DNA of 64,000 nucleotides, from positions 64,001 to 128,000 of the forward strand of contig CAWGMA010000001.1 in NCBI GenBank assembly GCA_963823555.1, read 5' to 3'. The notes under the pieces are model-generated. The model made no database searches. It was given only the letters and a program-made list of their open reading frames with translations, and was not told the origin of the DNA. A program made the position numbers and the translations under genes. This stretch comes from Candidatus Eiseniibacteriota bacterium (GTDB lineage: Bacteria; Eisenbacteria; RBG-16-71-46; CAVPCR01). The first letter of the stretch is position 1, and every line of letters starts with the position of its first letter. Shown here piece after piece: positions 1 to 9,116 of the stretch.

Positions 1-459
1 ATCATGGAGGACGGCGCCCCACTCGCTGTTATTCATGAAGATGCAGTTGATGATATCCGTCGCGTTGCGGTTGATCTCGTCCATGTAGAGGCCCCAGAGG
101 TTGCCGTAGAAGACGCAGTTCCTCACGTGGCCCTCGCTGCCCGCGGCATAGACCAGCGCGGCGGTCGACCGGAGCGGCGGTCCATTCATCAGCACGCAGC
201 CATCGATGTCGAGCCGAGTGCGGAAATCGAGTACTCGGATCGCCTCGCCGGCGAGGTCGAGGATGGCGCCGTGGCCGCGGATCGCGTTCGTCCCCGTGGT
301 CAGGTAGAGGCCGCCCGTGTAGACGGCGAGGCTGTCCAGGTGGAGGATGCGGTCGTAGCCGCTGCCCGGCCCGGCCTCGCTGGCCCAGACCGCGGCGAGA
401 TCCTCGCCTCGCACGGGCGTGGCCACGACGATGAGAAGGACAAGCAACGTCATGCGCAT
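1..459 (-). CDS. Secreted protein with right-handed beta-helix-like repeats; runs off the left window edge (partial)
   Basis: Not in the ORF track. GGGAG RBS then ATG at 459 gives MRMTLLVLLIVVATPVRG (signal peptide); later VRNCVFYGN and IINCIFMNN repeats are typical of parallel beta-helices; frame open to position 1. Confidence 0.7.
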   Translation of the reverse strand, partial: MRMTLLVLLIVVATPVRGEDLAAVWASEAGPGSGYDRILHLDSLAVYTGGLYLTTGTNAIRGHGAILDLAGEAIRVLDFRTRLDIDGCVLMNGPPLRSTAALVYAAGSEGHVRNCVFYGNLWGLYMDEINRNATDIINCIFMNNSEWGAVLHD

Positions 460-491
460 GGCTTGGTCTCCCTGCCGTGCCGGCGCAGCGC

Positions 492-2000
492 TCAATCGAG
501 CCGCACGAGCTTGCCCCTGATCGGCGGCTCGTGGCGCCCTCCAGCACGGCCGAGTTCGATCGCGTAGAAGTACACTCCGGGGGCGGCCGGCCCACCGCCG
601 GTGGCGCGGCCATCCCAGACGATTTCACCACGGCCGTCCAGACGCGCCACGACGCGTCCGGCGGCGTCCATGATCCGGACCGCTCCCGGCCCCGGCCCGA
701 TCGCGAAGGCCACGCTTCCCGCGAACGGATTGGGGCCGACGTCGAGGTGCACGGGGGCCGGCTCGGGGGTCGCCACGGCCACCGGCGGCTCCAGCTGGGC
801 CAGCTCGGCGACCGCCGCCAGCGCGCCCCGGGCCATCTCGGTCGCATAGTCGACATCGAGCGTCACGAGAAGGTCGGCGATCGTGTGGTAGTTGTAGTTC
901 CAGTCCGGCGCCTGGCGCATCTGGGCATCGATGTCGAAGACCGCTGGATAGCCATGCACGGCGAACCAGTAGTGGTCGCTGGCATACAGCGGATCGGACT
1001 GCACGATCAGGTGGAGGACGCAGCTGGTATAGGTCTGTACGCAATCGCCCACGTGCTGGGCGAGCGGCTGGGAAACGGTCGCGTCCGTATACCAATTAGC
1101 ATCCCATTCCGGATAGCTGGGATGGACGAAGGCGATCATGTCGAGATTGACAACTCCGCGCAAATCCTCGTTGTGCGGCATGACTCGCTGCTCAACATAG
1201 AACTTGCTGCCGACGAGCCCCAGTTCCTCGGCCCCGAAAGCGATGAAGCGGATGGTCGCCTGGCAAGAATAAGGCGCGAGGACACGGGCGCATTCGAGGA
1301 CCGCCGCGGTGCCGCTGGCGTTGTCATCGGCTCCCGGTGCATTGGCCAGCGGTTGTCCGGAGATGGAATCGTAGTGCCCGCAGAGGATGTAGATCTCATC
1401 CGGCCGCGTCGTCCCACGCTTCTCCGCAATGACGTTGAAGCTGGTGCCATCCCCGGCCGGGAAGGGATCCAGCTCGACGGGGAGTCCGAGCTCGGCAAAG
1501 CGGCCGGCAAGATACTCGGCGGCGGCCAGAGCGCTGTCGCTCTGGGCATGGCGCGTCACGAAGTCCTGGAGGCGCTGGATGGTGGCCTCCATCTCGGCTG
1601 CCGACATGGCGGCGACGAGGCCGGCCACCAGCGGATCCGCTGTGTGCTCCGGGGGCGGAGCAGCCAGGACCGGTGCCGGAGCGGTGCGAGAGACCATCGC
1701 CGGGTGGGGTGGCTCACGGGCGCCGTCCTCGAGCCGGACGAGGTCGAAGCCGCGAGCGGCAAGCGACTCCGCGGATCTCGATCCGGCGACGATGACGGCG
1801 CCGGGGGTCACGGTGACGATGCGCACGCCCGAGGGCAGGGGAGCCAGTTCCCCGGGCTCGGCGAAGATGAGATAGGTGGGCTCGCCATCCGGGGCCGGAT
1901 GAGCTGTCGCCAGCGCGACGAGGCCGGCGCAGAGGATGGCGGCCAGGCTCGCCGGGAGCGCGAGGCGGGGGGGGGCCCTTCCGGGGAGGCTCTGCTTCAT
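492..2000 (-). CDS. Secreted M28-family aminopeptidase with C-terminal FlgD-Ig/T9SS-type domain
   Basis: Signal peptide; GHYDS, APGADDNASG, GAEELGLVGS, NLDMI, SDH and YHT motifs; C-terminal PNPF...WDGR...PGVYF. Confidence 0.9.
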   Translation of the reverse strand: MKQSLPGRAPPRLALPASLAAILCAGLVALATAHPAPDGEPTYLIFAEPGELAPLPSGVRIVTVTPGAVIVAGSRSAESLAARGFDLVRLEDGAREPPHPAMVSRTAPAPVLAAPPPEHTADPLVAGLVAAMSAAEMEATIQRLQDFVTRHAQSDSALAAAEYLAGRFAELGLPVELDPFPAGDGTSFNVIAEKRGTTRPDEIYILCGHYDSISGQPLANAPGADDNASGTAAVLECARVLAPYSCQATIRFIAFGAEELGLVGSKFYVEQRVMPHNEDLRGVVNLDMIAFVHPSYPEWDANWYTDATVSQPLAQHVGDCVQTYTSCVLHLIVQSDPLYASDHYWFAVHGYPAVFDIDAQMRQAPDWNYNYHTIADLLVTLDVDYATEMARGALAAVAELAQLEPPVAVATPEPAPVHLDVGPNPFAGSVAFAIGPGPGAVRIMDAAGRVVARLDGRGEIVWDGRATGGGPAAPGVYFYAIELGRAGGRHEPPIRGKLVRLD

Positions 2001-2071
2001 GATGGATGCCCTCGAGTGGCAACCAGCCGGCCTGCCGGCGTTGGCGAGATCCAGAAGATCCGGACGCTTGC

Positions 2072-2521
2072 CTAGGAGAAGGCCACGCCGAGCTCGCGAG
2101 CCACCGTCTCCTGCACGAGCACGGTCTCGCGATGCTCGTGGTCGCGCAACCGGGCCAGGAGAGCGATCAGGCTATCGCGCACGTCCTCGACCAGATTCTC
2201 CTCACGCTGGCTCAGCGCACGATCAAGGATAGCACGCATTTCGGCCAGGATCTCCAGGTGCTCGCGGCGGAAGATGGCGAGGGCTGGAATCAGCTCGCGG
2301 CGATCGGCGGCGAGGATCCGCAGGAAGCTATTTTCCTCGGCCTCGTAGTGGTGCTCCAGGGCACCGTGCAGACGGTAGATCTCGCCCCGCAGGGTCGCGA
2401 TCTCGGTTCTTGGCGTGGACCGAGCCTCCGCGGCGCCGATCAGTTTCTCGACCCGCTCGATGCTTCGCAGAAGCTCCCGGTGCTCCTCGAGCACCGATCG
2501 CCAATCGAGGTGCTCCGACAC
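2072..2521 (-). CDS. Hemerythrin/HHE cation-binding domain protein
   Basis: GGAGGAGG RBS before GTG at 2521; EEH...HHYEAEE...EH...HEHRE helical metal-ligand pattern. Confidence 0.75.
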   Translation of the reverse strand: MSEHLDWRSVLEEHRELLRSIERVEKLIGAAEARSTPRTEIATLRGEIYRLHGALEHHYEAEENSFLRILAADRRELIPALAIFRREHLEILAEMRAILDRALSQREENLVEDVRDSLIALLARLRDHEHRETVLVQETVARELGVAFS

Positions 2522-2560
2522 GGTCCACCTCCTCCCAGCATCCAGGCGCCCCGGGACCGT

Positions 2561-2580
2561 TGTTGAGGATAATTTCAACA
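2561..2580. promoter_or_regulatory. Palindrome TGTTGA-N8-TCAACA, candidate operator
   Basis: Perfect 6-bp arms in an AT-rich patch just upstream of the hemerythrin gene. Confidence 0.45.
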
Positions 2581-2598
2581 GCTATCTCCATGTAATTC

Positions 2599-2614
2599 TG
2601 CAAGATGCATGCCG
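2599..2614 (-). promoter_or_regulatory. Sigma54 -24/-12 promoter for the hemerythrin gene
   Basis: Minus strand reads CGGCATGCATCTTGCA, matching YGGCAYG-N4-TTGCW with exact GG-to-GC spacing; weaker second copy TGGCACCCGGACTGCT at 2626-2641. Confidence 0.55.
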
Positions 2615-2888
2615 CAGGCGCGGCGAGCAGTCCGGGTGCCAGATATGGGGTTAGACCAGCGAGGGTGTCGATCACGCTGACAGTCTGTCCCTCCTGCGGC
2701 CGGATGCGGTTCCGAGTGGCAGTGCGGTGATCTGGGGAGTCTCCACCGATCTGGAGGTCAGGATCCGGGCCGCTACCTTCGCCAGTTCAGCCCCGGCCCC
2801 GCACCCGCCGGAGTTGCGGCATAATGGTCCCTCGCGACCAAAACCACCCTCGCGGCAGACTCCTGAACTCCCAACCAACGAGCACCGC

Positions 2889-3656
2889 ATGATCTCGAGT
2901 CCGACCACGCACAAGGGCACCCACCCCGATCGCATCCCCTGCTTGATCTGTGGCCGACCTGGTTCCGAACTCCTGTGCTGTATCCAGGCTCCCCGACTCA
3001 TCCGGCTCGAGTCCGAGGGCCGCGTTCAGAGCTATGGGCCCGGACAGGTGATCTTCCATGCCGCAACGCCGCCGCTGGCCCTCTACTGCCTGTGTGAGGG
3101 ACAGGTCAAGATCTTCACGACGGCGATCAATGGTGTCGTCCAGATCCTCCGCTTGCGGGGTCCAGGTGATCTCCTGGGCTATCGCGCCCTGCTCGCAGGC
3201 GAGCCCTATGCGGCCACCGCTCAGGCGATCACCGAGGTCAAAGTAGTCACGATCAAGGCTGAGCACGTGCATGCCGTGATTCGAAAATCACCCGGCGTGG
3301 CGTCCTGCTTCCTGCGTTTGCTGGCTCGCGATCTGCGCGTGTCAGAGGAGAATCTGGTCGCGTGTACACAGCTTCCGGTCCGCCGCCGTACCGCGCGCTT
3401 TCTCCTCTCTCTCCTCGGCAGCGCGCTGCATCCCCGAAAGGCCGGCGGCACGGTCTCGTTGAAGCTCCCGATCTCCCGGATCGAGATGGCGCAGGTACTG
3501 AGTACGACGCCGGAGACGTTGTCTCGCGCGTTGCGGTCGCTCGCGGAAAAGGGCGTCATCTCGGTCCAAGGGAATCAGCTCGTCGTGCGAAGCGTTTCCG
3601 GCCTGGTCGCGGCGGCCGGCCCCGACTACCACCGGCGCTTGAGCAGGAAGCACTAG
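2889..3656 (+). CDS. Crp/Fnr-family transcriptional regulator (FNR-like)
   Basis: N-terminal CLIC-x8-CC cysteine cluster; cNMP-binding fold (GQVIF, GQVKI, GPGDLLG); HTH with TTPETLSR recognition helix. Confidence 0.9.
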   Translation: MISSPTTHKGTHPDRIPCLICGRPGSELLCCIQAPRLIRLESEGRVQSYGPGQVIFHAATPPLALYCLCEGQVKIFTTAINGVVQILRLRGPGDLLGYRALLAGEPYAATAQAITEVKVVTIKAEHVHAVIRKSPGVASCFLRLLARDLRVSEENLVACTQLPVRRRTARFLLSLLGSALHPRKAGGTVSLKLPISRIEMAQVLSTTPETLSRALRSLAEKGVISVQGNQLVVRSVSGLVAAAGPDYHRRLSRKH

Positions 3657-3748
3657 AACGCTCTCCTGCGGATTCGTCGAGTCATCCCTTCGCCGCTTCC
3701 CCGGGGCGGGCCCATCGGGGTCGGGTGCGGCCAGGCTTGGACTGGATC

Positions 3749-3762
3749 TTGATATAGATCAA
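3749..3762. promoter_or_regulatory. FNR box TTGAT-N4-ATCAA
   Basis: Perfect consensus TTGATATAGATCAA; TATAAA -10-like hexamer at 3807-3812; upstream of the multicopper oxidase. Confidence 0.85.
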
Positions 3763-3879
3763 GTAGCAGGATGACATCGGGCATGGCGCGGAAGCCGGTG
3801 GTCCCTTATAAACAGCATCCCCGCGATTGAACTCCCGCTGGCCGATCTCCCTCCTGGCCGCGGTTCTTAGGAGGATCCC

Positions 3880-5937
3880 ATGACCCGCAAGCATTCGTGC
3901 GCCCTGGCTGTCCTGGCCGCGGCGATCCTGGCCCATCTCACCCTGGGGAGCACCGGGGCCACGGCCCAGCTCCTTCTCGATCCCCTCACCCAGCCCAAGT
4001 TCGTGAACCCACTCCCGGCCCCCGGGGTGATCGACGCCACGCAGGGCGGGACGTTCGAGGTCACGATGTCGCAGTTCGAGCAGTGGCTCGGTCTCGTCGA
4101 TCCGGTGACCGGCGCCTCCATGATGACGACGGTGTGGGGATACGATGGGAGCTACCCGGGACCCACTTTCGAGGTTCGCTCTGATGTTCCTGTCGACGTG
4201 CGGTGGGTCAACGGGCTCGTTGACGGCAACGGGGCACCGCGGCCGCACCTCCTGCCCGTGGACACGAGCCTGCACTGGGCGCATCCCAGCGGCTGGCCCG
4301 CCAGCGGCGTGCCCACGGTCACGCATCTCCACGGCGGCCACACCGAGTCGGCGAGCGACGGCCTACCCGATGCCTGGTTCACGCCGGGTTTCGATCAGCG
4401 CGGCTCGGGCTGGGTCAAGGAGACCTATCACTACGACAACGATCAGGAAGCGGCGACCATCTGGTATCACGATCACGCGCTCGGCATCACGCGCCTGAAC
4501 GTGTACGCGGGCCTCGCCGGCTTCTACCTGATCCGGGACGACTGGGAGCTCTCGCTGAACCTCCCGAGCGGCGCCTACGAGGTGCCGATCGTGATCCAGG
4601 ATCGCATGTTCACGGCTGACGGCGAACTCTACTACCCCTCGACGCCCGAGGAGCCCGGAGCCCCCGATCCGAGCGTGCTGCCTGAGTTCTTCGGCGACGT
4701 GGTCCTTGTCAACGGCATGGCGTGGCCGTACCTGGACGTCGAGCCGCGGAAGTACCGCCTTCGCTTCCTGAACGGGTCCGATTCCCGTTTCTACTCCATG
4801 TGGATCGCTGGCGGGCCGATGCTGACGCAGATCGGCACCGACAACGGGCTCCTGTATCAGCCGGTGCCCGTCGACAAGCTCACCCTCGGACCGGGCGAGC
4901 GGGCGGACGTCGTCGTCGACTTCTCCAACTGGGCTGGCCGCACGTTCACTCTCCGCAACAACGCCAAGTCTCCCTATCCGGGTGGAGAAACGGTCGATCC
5001 GCGCACTGCCGGCCAGCTCATGCAGTTCCGTGTGAGCCCGACCCCGGTCGAGGATCCGAGCTCGCTGCCGGCGATCCTGCGCGAGGAGCCGATCGAGCCG
5101 CTGGGTCCAGCGGTACGCACGCGGAAGCTCCTTCTCTTCGAGGGCACGGACGCGTACGGACGCTTGCAGCCTCTCCTCGGGATCGTCGATCCCGACCGCC
5201 CCGATCTGGACGGCACGCTTCTCTGGGACGAGGAGATCACCGAGAACCCGATGGTCGACGACATCGAGATCTGGGAAGTCTACAACGCCACCATGGATGC
5301 GCATCCCATTCACCTTCATCTGGTCGCCTTCCAGATCCTGGGCCGGCAGAAGTACACGGGCACCATTGCCGCAAAGCAGAACATGCAGGGCACGGTGGGA
5401 GGCGTGCTCTCAGACATCCGCCTGCGCGGAAACGAGAAGCCGCCGGCTGCGAACGAGCGCGGATGGAAGGACACCGCCCAGATGCTCCCCGGTGAGGTGA
5501 CGCGGGTCATCGCCAAGTTCGATCGCGAGGGCCTCTACGTCTGGCACTGCCACATCCTCTCGCACGAGGATCACGAGATGATGCGGCCGTACTACGTGGG
5601 TGCGATGCCGAGTGAACTGCAGACCGCGGTGGACGATACGCCGGCTGGTACGCAGCCGCCGGTGGTGGCGCTCGAGGCGAACCGTCCCAATCCATTCAAT
5701 CCGCATACCGAGATCGGTTTCCTGGTCCCCCGGCGGGGACGGGCCGAGGTGACGGTCTACGACACCGCCGGGCGTGTCGTGCGCAAGCTCGCCGACCGTG
5801 AGTTCGAAGCGGGGCGGCATGCGCTGGTATGGGATGGTCGCGACGCCGGCGGTTCACCCGTGGCGAGCGGCGTCTACATCTACGAGCTCCGGAGCGGAGA
5901 CCTGGTGAAATCGGGCAAGATGACGCTCGCCCGCTAG
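3880..5937 (+). CDS. Secreted multicopper oxidase (CotA/bilirubin oxidase type) with C-terminal FlgD-Ig domain
   Basis: AGGAGG RBS; all four Cu motifs HLHG, WYHDH, HPIHLH, HCHILSHEDHEMM; C-terminal PNPFNP...WDGRD...SGVY. Confidence 0.95.
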   Translation: MTRKHSCALAVLAAAILAHLTLGSTGATAQLLLDPLTQPKFVNPLPAPGVIDATQGGTFEVTMSQFEQWLGLVDPVTGASMMTTVWGYDGSYPGPTFEVRSDVPVDVRWVNGLVDGNGAPRPHLLPVDTSLHWAHPSGWPASGVPTVTHLHGGHTESASDGLPDAWFTPGFDQRGSGWVKETYHYDNDQEAATIWYHDHALGITRLNVYAGLAGFYLIRDDWELSLNLPSGAYEVPIVIQDRMFTADGELYYPSTPEEPGAPDPSVLPEFFGDVVLVNGMAWPYLDVEPRKYRLRFLNGSDSRFYSMWIAGGPMLTQIGTDNGLLYQPVPVDKLTLGPGERADVVVDFSNWAGRTFTLRNNAKSPYPGGETVDPRTAGQLMQFRVSPTPVEDPSSLPAILREEPIEPLGPAVRTRKLLLFEGTDAYGRLQPLLGIVDPDRPDLDGTLLWDEEITENPMVDDIEIWEVYNATMDAHPIHLHLVAFQILGRQKYTGTIAAKQNMQGTVGGVLSDIRLRGNEKPPAANERGWKDTAQMLPGEVTRVIAKFDREGLYVWHCHILSHEDHEMMRPYYVGAMPSELQTAVDDTPAGTQPPVVALEANRPNPFNPHTEIGFLVPRRGRAEVTVYDTAGRVVRKLADREFEAGRHALVWDGRDAGGSPVASGVYIYELRSGDLVKSGKMTLAR

Positions 5938-6014
5938 GCGCGGCGGAGTCCAGCAACCGCGGTCGCACCCTGCGCTCGATCCGACGCCGGGTGCGGCCGC
6001 GGTCCCATTTCGTG

Positions 6015-7142
6015 CTAGCGGTACTTGAGTCCGGTGCCGGTGTTGAAGATGACCGTGCGCGTGCCGGAGCCGATCCATCCGTCGCGGCGCAGGTTCTGGA
6101 AGGCGGCCCAGGCCGCGCCCGCTTCGGGGCAGATGTCGAGACCCGTGGCCGCGGCCAGCGCGCGCGTGGCGGCGGGGATATCGTTCTCGGCGATGGCCAC
6201 TGCGGTGCCGTTCGTGTCGCGGAGCGCTCTGAGACAGATGAATCCCGCGATGGGCGAGGGCACGCGCAGGCCGTAGACCAGGGTCTCGGGGGTGGGCCAT
6301 GGCTCGGTGCGCTCGGCGCCGGCGAGGAAGGCGCGGACGATGGGCGCGCAGCCGGCGGTCTGTGCTGAGACCAGCCGCGGCCAGGGCCGCCCGATCCAGC
6401 CGAGTGCGGTCATCTCGCCGCATGCCTTCCACATGCCGACGAGCCCGGTGCCGCCGCCGGTCGGATAGACGATGACGTCGGGCAGCGTCCCATCCATCTG
6501 CTCGAAGAGCTCGTAGGCCATCGTCTTCTTGCCTTCGACGCGATAGGGCTCCTTGAGCGTGGAGACATCGAACGCATCCTCCGGCCCGCGATCACGCAGG
6601 AAGCGCCCGCAGTCGGCGATCGTTCCCGGGATCAGGTGCACGTCCGCTCCATAGAACCGGGACTCATCGATGAAGATCCGCGGGGTATCGGCGGGCATGG
6701 CGACCGCGACCGGCAGCCCGGCTGCCGCCCCATAGGCCGCGAGTGCCCCGGCGGCGTTGCCGGCGGAGGGTGCCTTGAGGCTCCGGGCGCCGAGAGCCCT
6801 GGCCATCGATACGGCAACGCTCATGCCACGGGCCTTGAACGAGCCGGTCGGATTCCGCGACTCATCCTTGATCCAGATCGTGTCGTCGATCTGGACGAGC
6901 GGCGTGAATCCCTCGACCAGGCTCACGGCGGCGGCGGGGGCGATGGGCAGCACCTCGTGGTAGCGCCAGAGGGAGGGCGGCCGTCCGGCGAGATCGGACG
7001 GCGCGAAGCCCGTGGAGTCGAGCCGGTAGTCGGCTCGCAGCGGGAGTCCGCACTCGTTGCAGACCGTGTTGAGCCGGTGCGGATCGTGCTCGACGCCGCA
7101 ATCGAAGCAGGTGAGGATCTGGAGTGCGGAGTTGATGGACAC
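6015..7142 (-). CDS. thrC: Threonine synthase (fold-type II PLP enzyme)
   Basis: N-terminal CxxC...CxxC, NPTGSFKARG PLP-lysine motif, SAGNA, EGKKT, PTGGG, NTGTGLKY; start taken at GTG 7142. Confidence 0.88.
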   Translation of the reverse strand: MSINSALQILTCFDCGVEHDPHRLNTVCNECGLPLRADYRLDSTGFAPSDLAGRPPSLWRYHEVLPIAPAAAVSLVEGFTPLVQIDDTIWIKDESRNPTGSFKARGMSVAVSMARALGARSLKAPSAGNAAGALAAYGAAAGLPVAVAMPADTPRIFIDESRFYGADVHLIPGTIADCGRFLRDRGPEDAFDVSTLKEPYRVEGKKTMAYELFEQMDGTLPDVIVYPTGGGTGLVGMWKACGEMTALGWIGRPWPRLVSAQTAGCAPIVRAFLAGAERTEPWPTPETLVYGLRVPSPIAGFICLRALRDTNGTAVAIAENDIPAATRALAAATGLDICPEAGAAWAAFQNLRRDGWIGSGTRTVIFNTGTGLKYR

Positions 7143-7334
7143 GGGTGCCCCTCGCTGGATCGGCCCGGTGAGTGGAGCAGCATAGCAGGGCGCCGCTTTC
7201 GGTGCCATCGCTCCGGATCGGGCGCGGATCCGGGCCGGCTCATGTAGAATCCGCATCGCAGCGCGGGCCCGGACCGTTCGCTGATCGTGCCGCGGCCCGT
7301 GACATCGACCGGCGCCGAGAGAGGGATATTCCGC

Positions 7335-8225
7335 ATGAGCGAGCGCGACACTGTTTTCGATCCAGATGCGCAGAAAATGACGTCGGCGCCGCGGCCGCCG
7401 GCCGGAACCTATCTTCGTCCCGATCTGTTCAACGGCCAGAGCGCGCTGGTCACGGGTGGTGGAACCGGACTGGGGCTCGAGATCTCCCGGGCGCTGGCAT
7501 CGCTCGGGGCGCGGGTGGCGATCGCGAGTCGAGATCCCGCGCATCATGAGCCGTTTCTGGCGGCGGCGGCCGCCGCCGGCTGGACCGCCCGCGCCGACGT
7601 GCTCGATGTCCGCGATGCCCGCCAGGTGCGCCGGGTCGTGGAGGCGATCGCGGCGGATTGGAACGGGCTCGATCTCCTGATCAACAATGCCGCCGGCAAT
7701 TTCGTGCGGCCCGCGCTGCGCTTGCCGCCGCGGGCCTGGCAGTCCGTGATCGATATCGCTCTCTCCGGGGTCTTCTACTGCTCCCAGGCTGCCGCTCGGG
7801 TCATGGGTGCGGGGGGGCGCGGTGGGGCGATCCTCAACGTGGTCGCGCCGTATGCGTGGAGCGGGTGTCCGGGGGTCGTGCACTCGGCGGCCGCCAAGGC
7901 CGGCGTTCTCGCCCTCACGTACACGCTGGCCGTGGAGTGGGCGCCGCTCGGGATCCGGGTCAACGCGGTGGCCCCGGGTCCCTTCGGTAGCCAGGGCGCC
8001 GAGAGTCGGCTGTGGCCGAGCGCCGAGATGGAGGAGCGGGTCCGGGCGCAGATCCCCGCCGGACGCTTCGGCGAGGCCCGGGAAGTGGCGGACGCGGCGC
8101 TCTATCTGCTCTCGCCCGCTGCAGAGTATGTCACCGGATCCTGCCTCACCGTCGACGGCGGGTGGTGGTTGGGGAAGGGGCTGTTCGGAGCGGGGGAGGT
8201 GACCAAGGTCGAGCGCCGCCGATAG
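7335..8225 (+). CDS. SDR oxidoreductase, 2,4-dienoyl-CoA reductase-like
   Basis: TGGGTGLG, NNAAGNF, HSAAAKAGV, LAVEW, VDGG motifs; alternative start at 7377. Confidence 0.88.
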   Translation: MSERDTVFDPDAQKMTSAPRPPAGTYLRPDLFNGQSALVTGGGTGLGLEISRALASLGARVAIASRDPAHHEPFLAAAAAAGWTARADVLDVRDARQVRRVVEAIAADWNGLDLLINNAAGNFVRPALRLPPRAWQSVIDIALSGVFYCSQAAARVMGAGGRGGAILNVVAPYAWSGCPGVVHSAAAKAGVLALTYTLAVEWAPLGIRVNAVAPGPFGSQGAESRLWPSAEMEERVRAQIPAGRFGEAREVADAALYLLSPAAEYVTGSCLTVDGGWWLGKGLFGAGEVTKVERRR

Positions 8226-8265
8226 CTGTGTATAGACGCAGATTGTTGTCAAGGACTGGAAAGGA

Positions 8266-9033
8266 TCAGCCGGCGAGGGTGCGTCCGCCGAGGAGGATCA
8301 CCACCACCGCGAAGGCGATCACGCTCGCCAGCTCCTCGAGACCGATGGTCCTCAGCGCCCGCTCCGCCCGGTGATCGCGGACCAGTCGCAGGAAGCCGAT
8401 AGCCAGGATGGGAAGGAGGGCCGCCACCAGCCGGGGATCGAGGCCCAGGGCGACGATCGCGATTCCCCACAGCCCGAACGCGAACGCGGTGGCTGCGAGC
8501 GGCAAGGCAGGGGAGACGGCGCGTGCGGCCCGCCCGGCGATATGGGTCCGTACCAGAGCGAGCCGGACACCGAAGAAGCCGATGTAGAGTAGATAGAGGG
8601 CCACAGCCGGGCGCTCGGCCACGCCGCCGGCGAGGAGAAGCGTGGGCAGGGAGAGGCCGAGAAGGCCCATCCCGAGCACCTCGCGCGACGCTGGACGGCC
8701 GAGCAGCTTGAACGGCGGGAGCAGGCGGGCCAGCGCGAGAACGCCGCCGGCGGCGACGGGGAAGACGAGATCGGGGAGTGCCAGGTGTCCAAGAGAGAGG
8801 GCCAGGAGCGCGAAACCGGCCAGGCCATAACCGGCGATCCAGAAGGGGAGCGTCCGGCGCACCTGCCGGGTCACGCTTCCCGGTTCGAGGCAACCCAGCG
8901 CCAGGAAGGCGAAGAGGATCGCGCCGGCGAGCGGCAGGCGGGTGGGCGTGGCCGGAGCGAGCGCGAACCCGGGCCCCAGGGCGGCGCCGAGGAGGCCCCA
9001 GGCCCCATGGAAACGCGGCAGCGGGATCGTCAT
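8266..9033 (-). CDS. YwiC-like membrane protein
   Basis: N-terminal HGAWGLL motif, multiple TM segments, C-terminal IGLEE; start 9033 or 9045. Confidence 0.7.
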   Translation of the reverse strand: MTIPLPRFHGAWGLLGAALGPGFALAPATPTRLPLAGAILFAFLALGCLEPGSVTRQVRRTLPFWIAGYGLAGFALLALSLGHLALPDLVFPVAAGGVLALARLLPPFKLLGRPASREVLGMGLLGLSLPTLLLAGGVAERPAVALYLLYIGFFGVRLALVRTHIAGRAARAVSPALPLAATAFAFGLWGIAIVALGLDPRLVAALLPILAIGFLRLVRDHRAERALRTIGLEELASVIAFAVVVILLGGRTLAG

Positions 9034-9116
9034 GACGGGCGCCATTGTCGCAGAGGGAGAGGCTCCTCGCACGCGGCTTCCCGGGCAGCGCGCGCGCCGG
9101 GACCGGGAGGCGGGCC

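Noticed and set aside
477..2075. Long antisense/shadow ORFs (also 36517..37371, 37308..38756, 44392..45717, 52694..54115, 57553..58968)
   Set aside because: They lie opposite well-supported genes and have no motifs; expected in high-GC DNA
7143..8252. Apparent 745-aa threonine synthase with a long N-terminal extension
   Set aside because: The extension is the antisense of the SDR gene; homology starts near 7142
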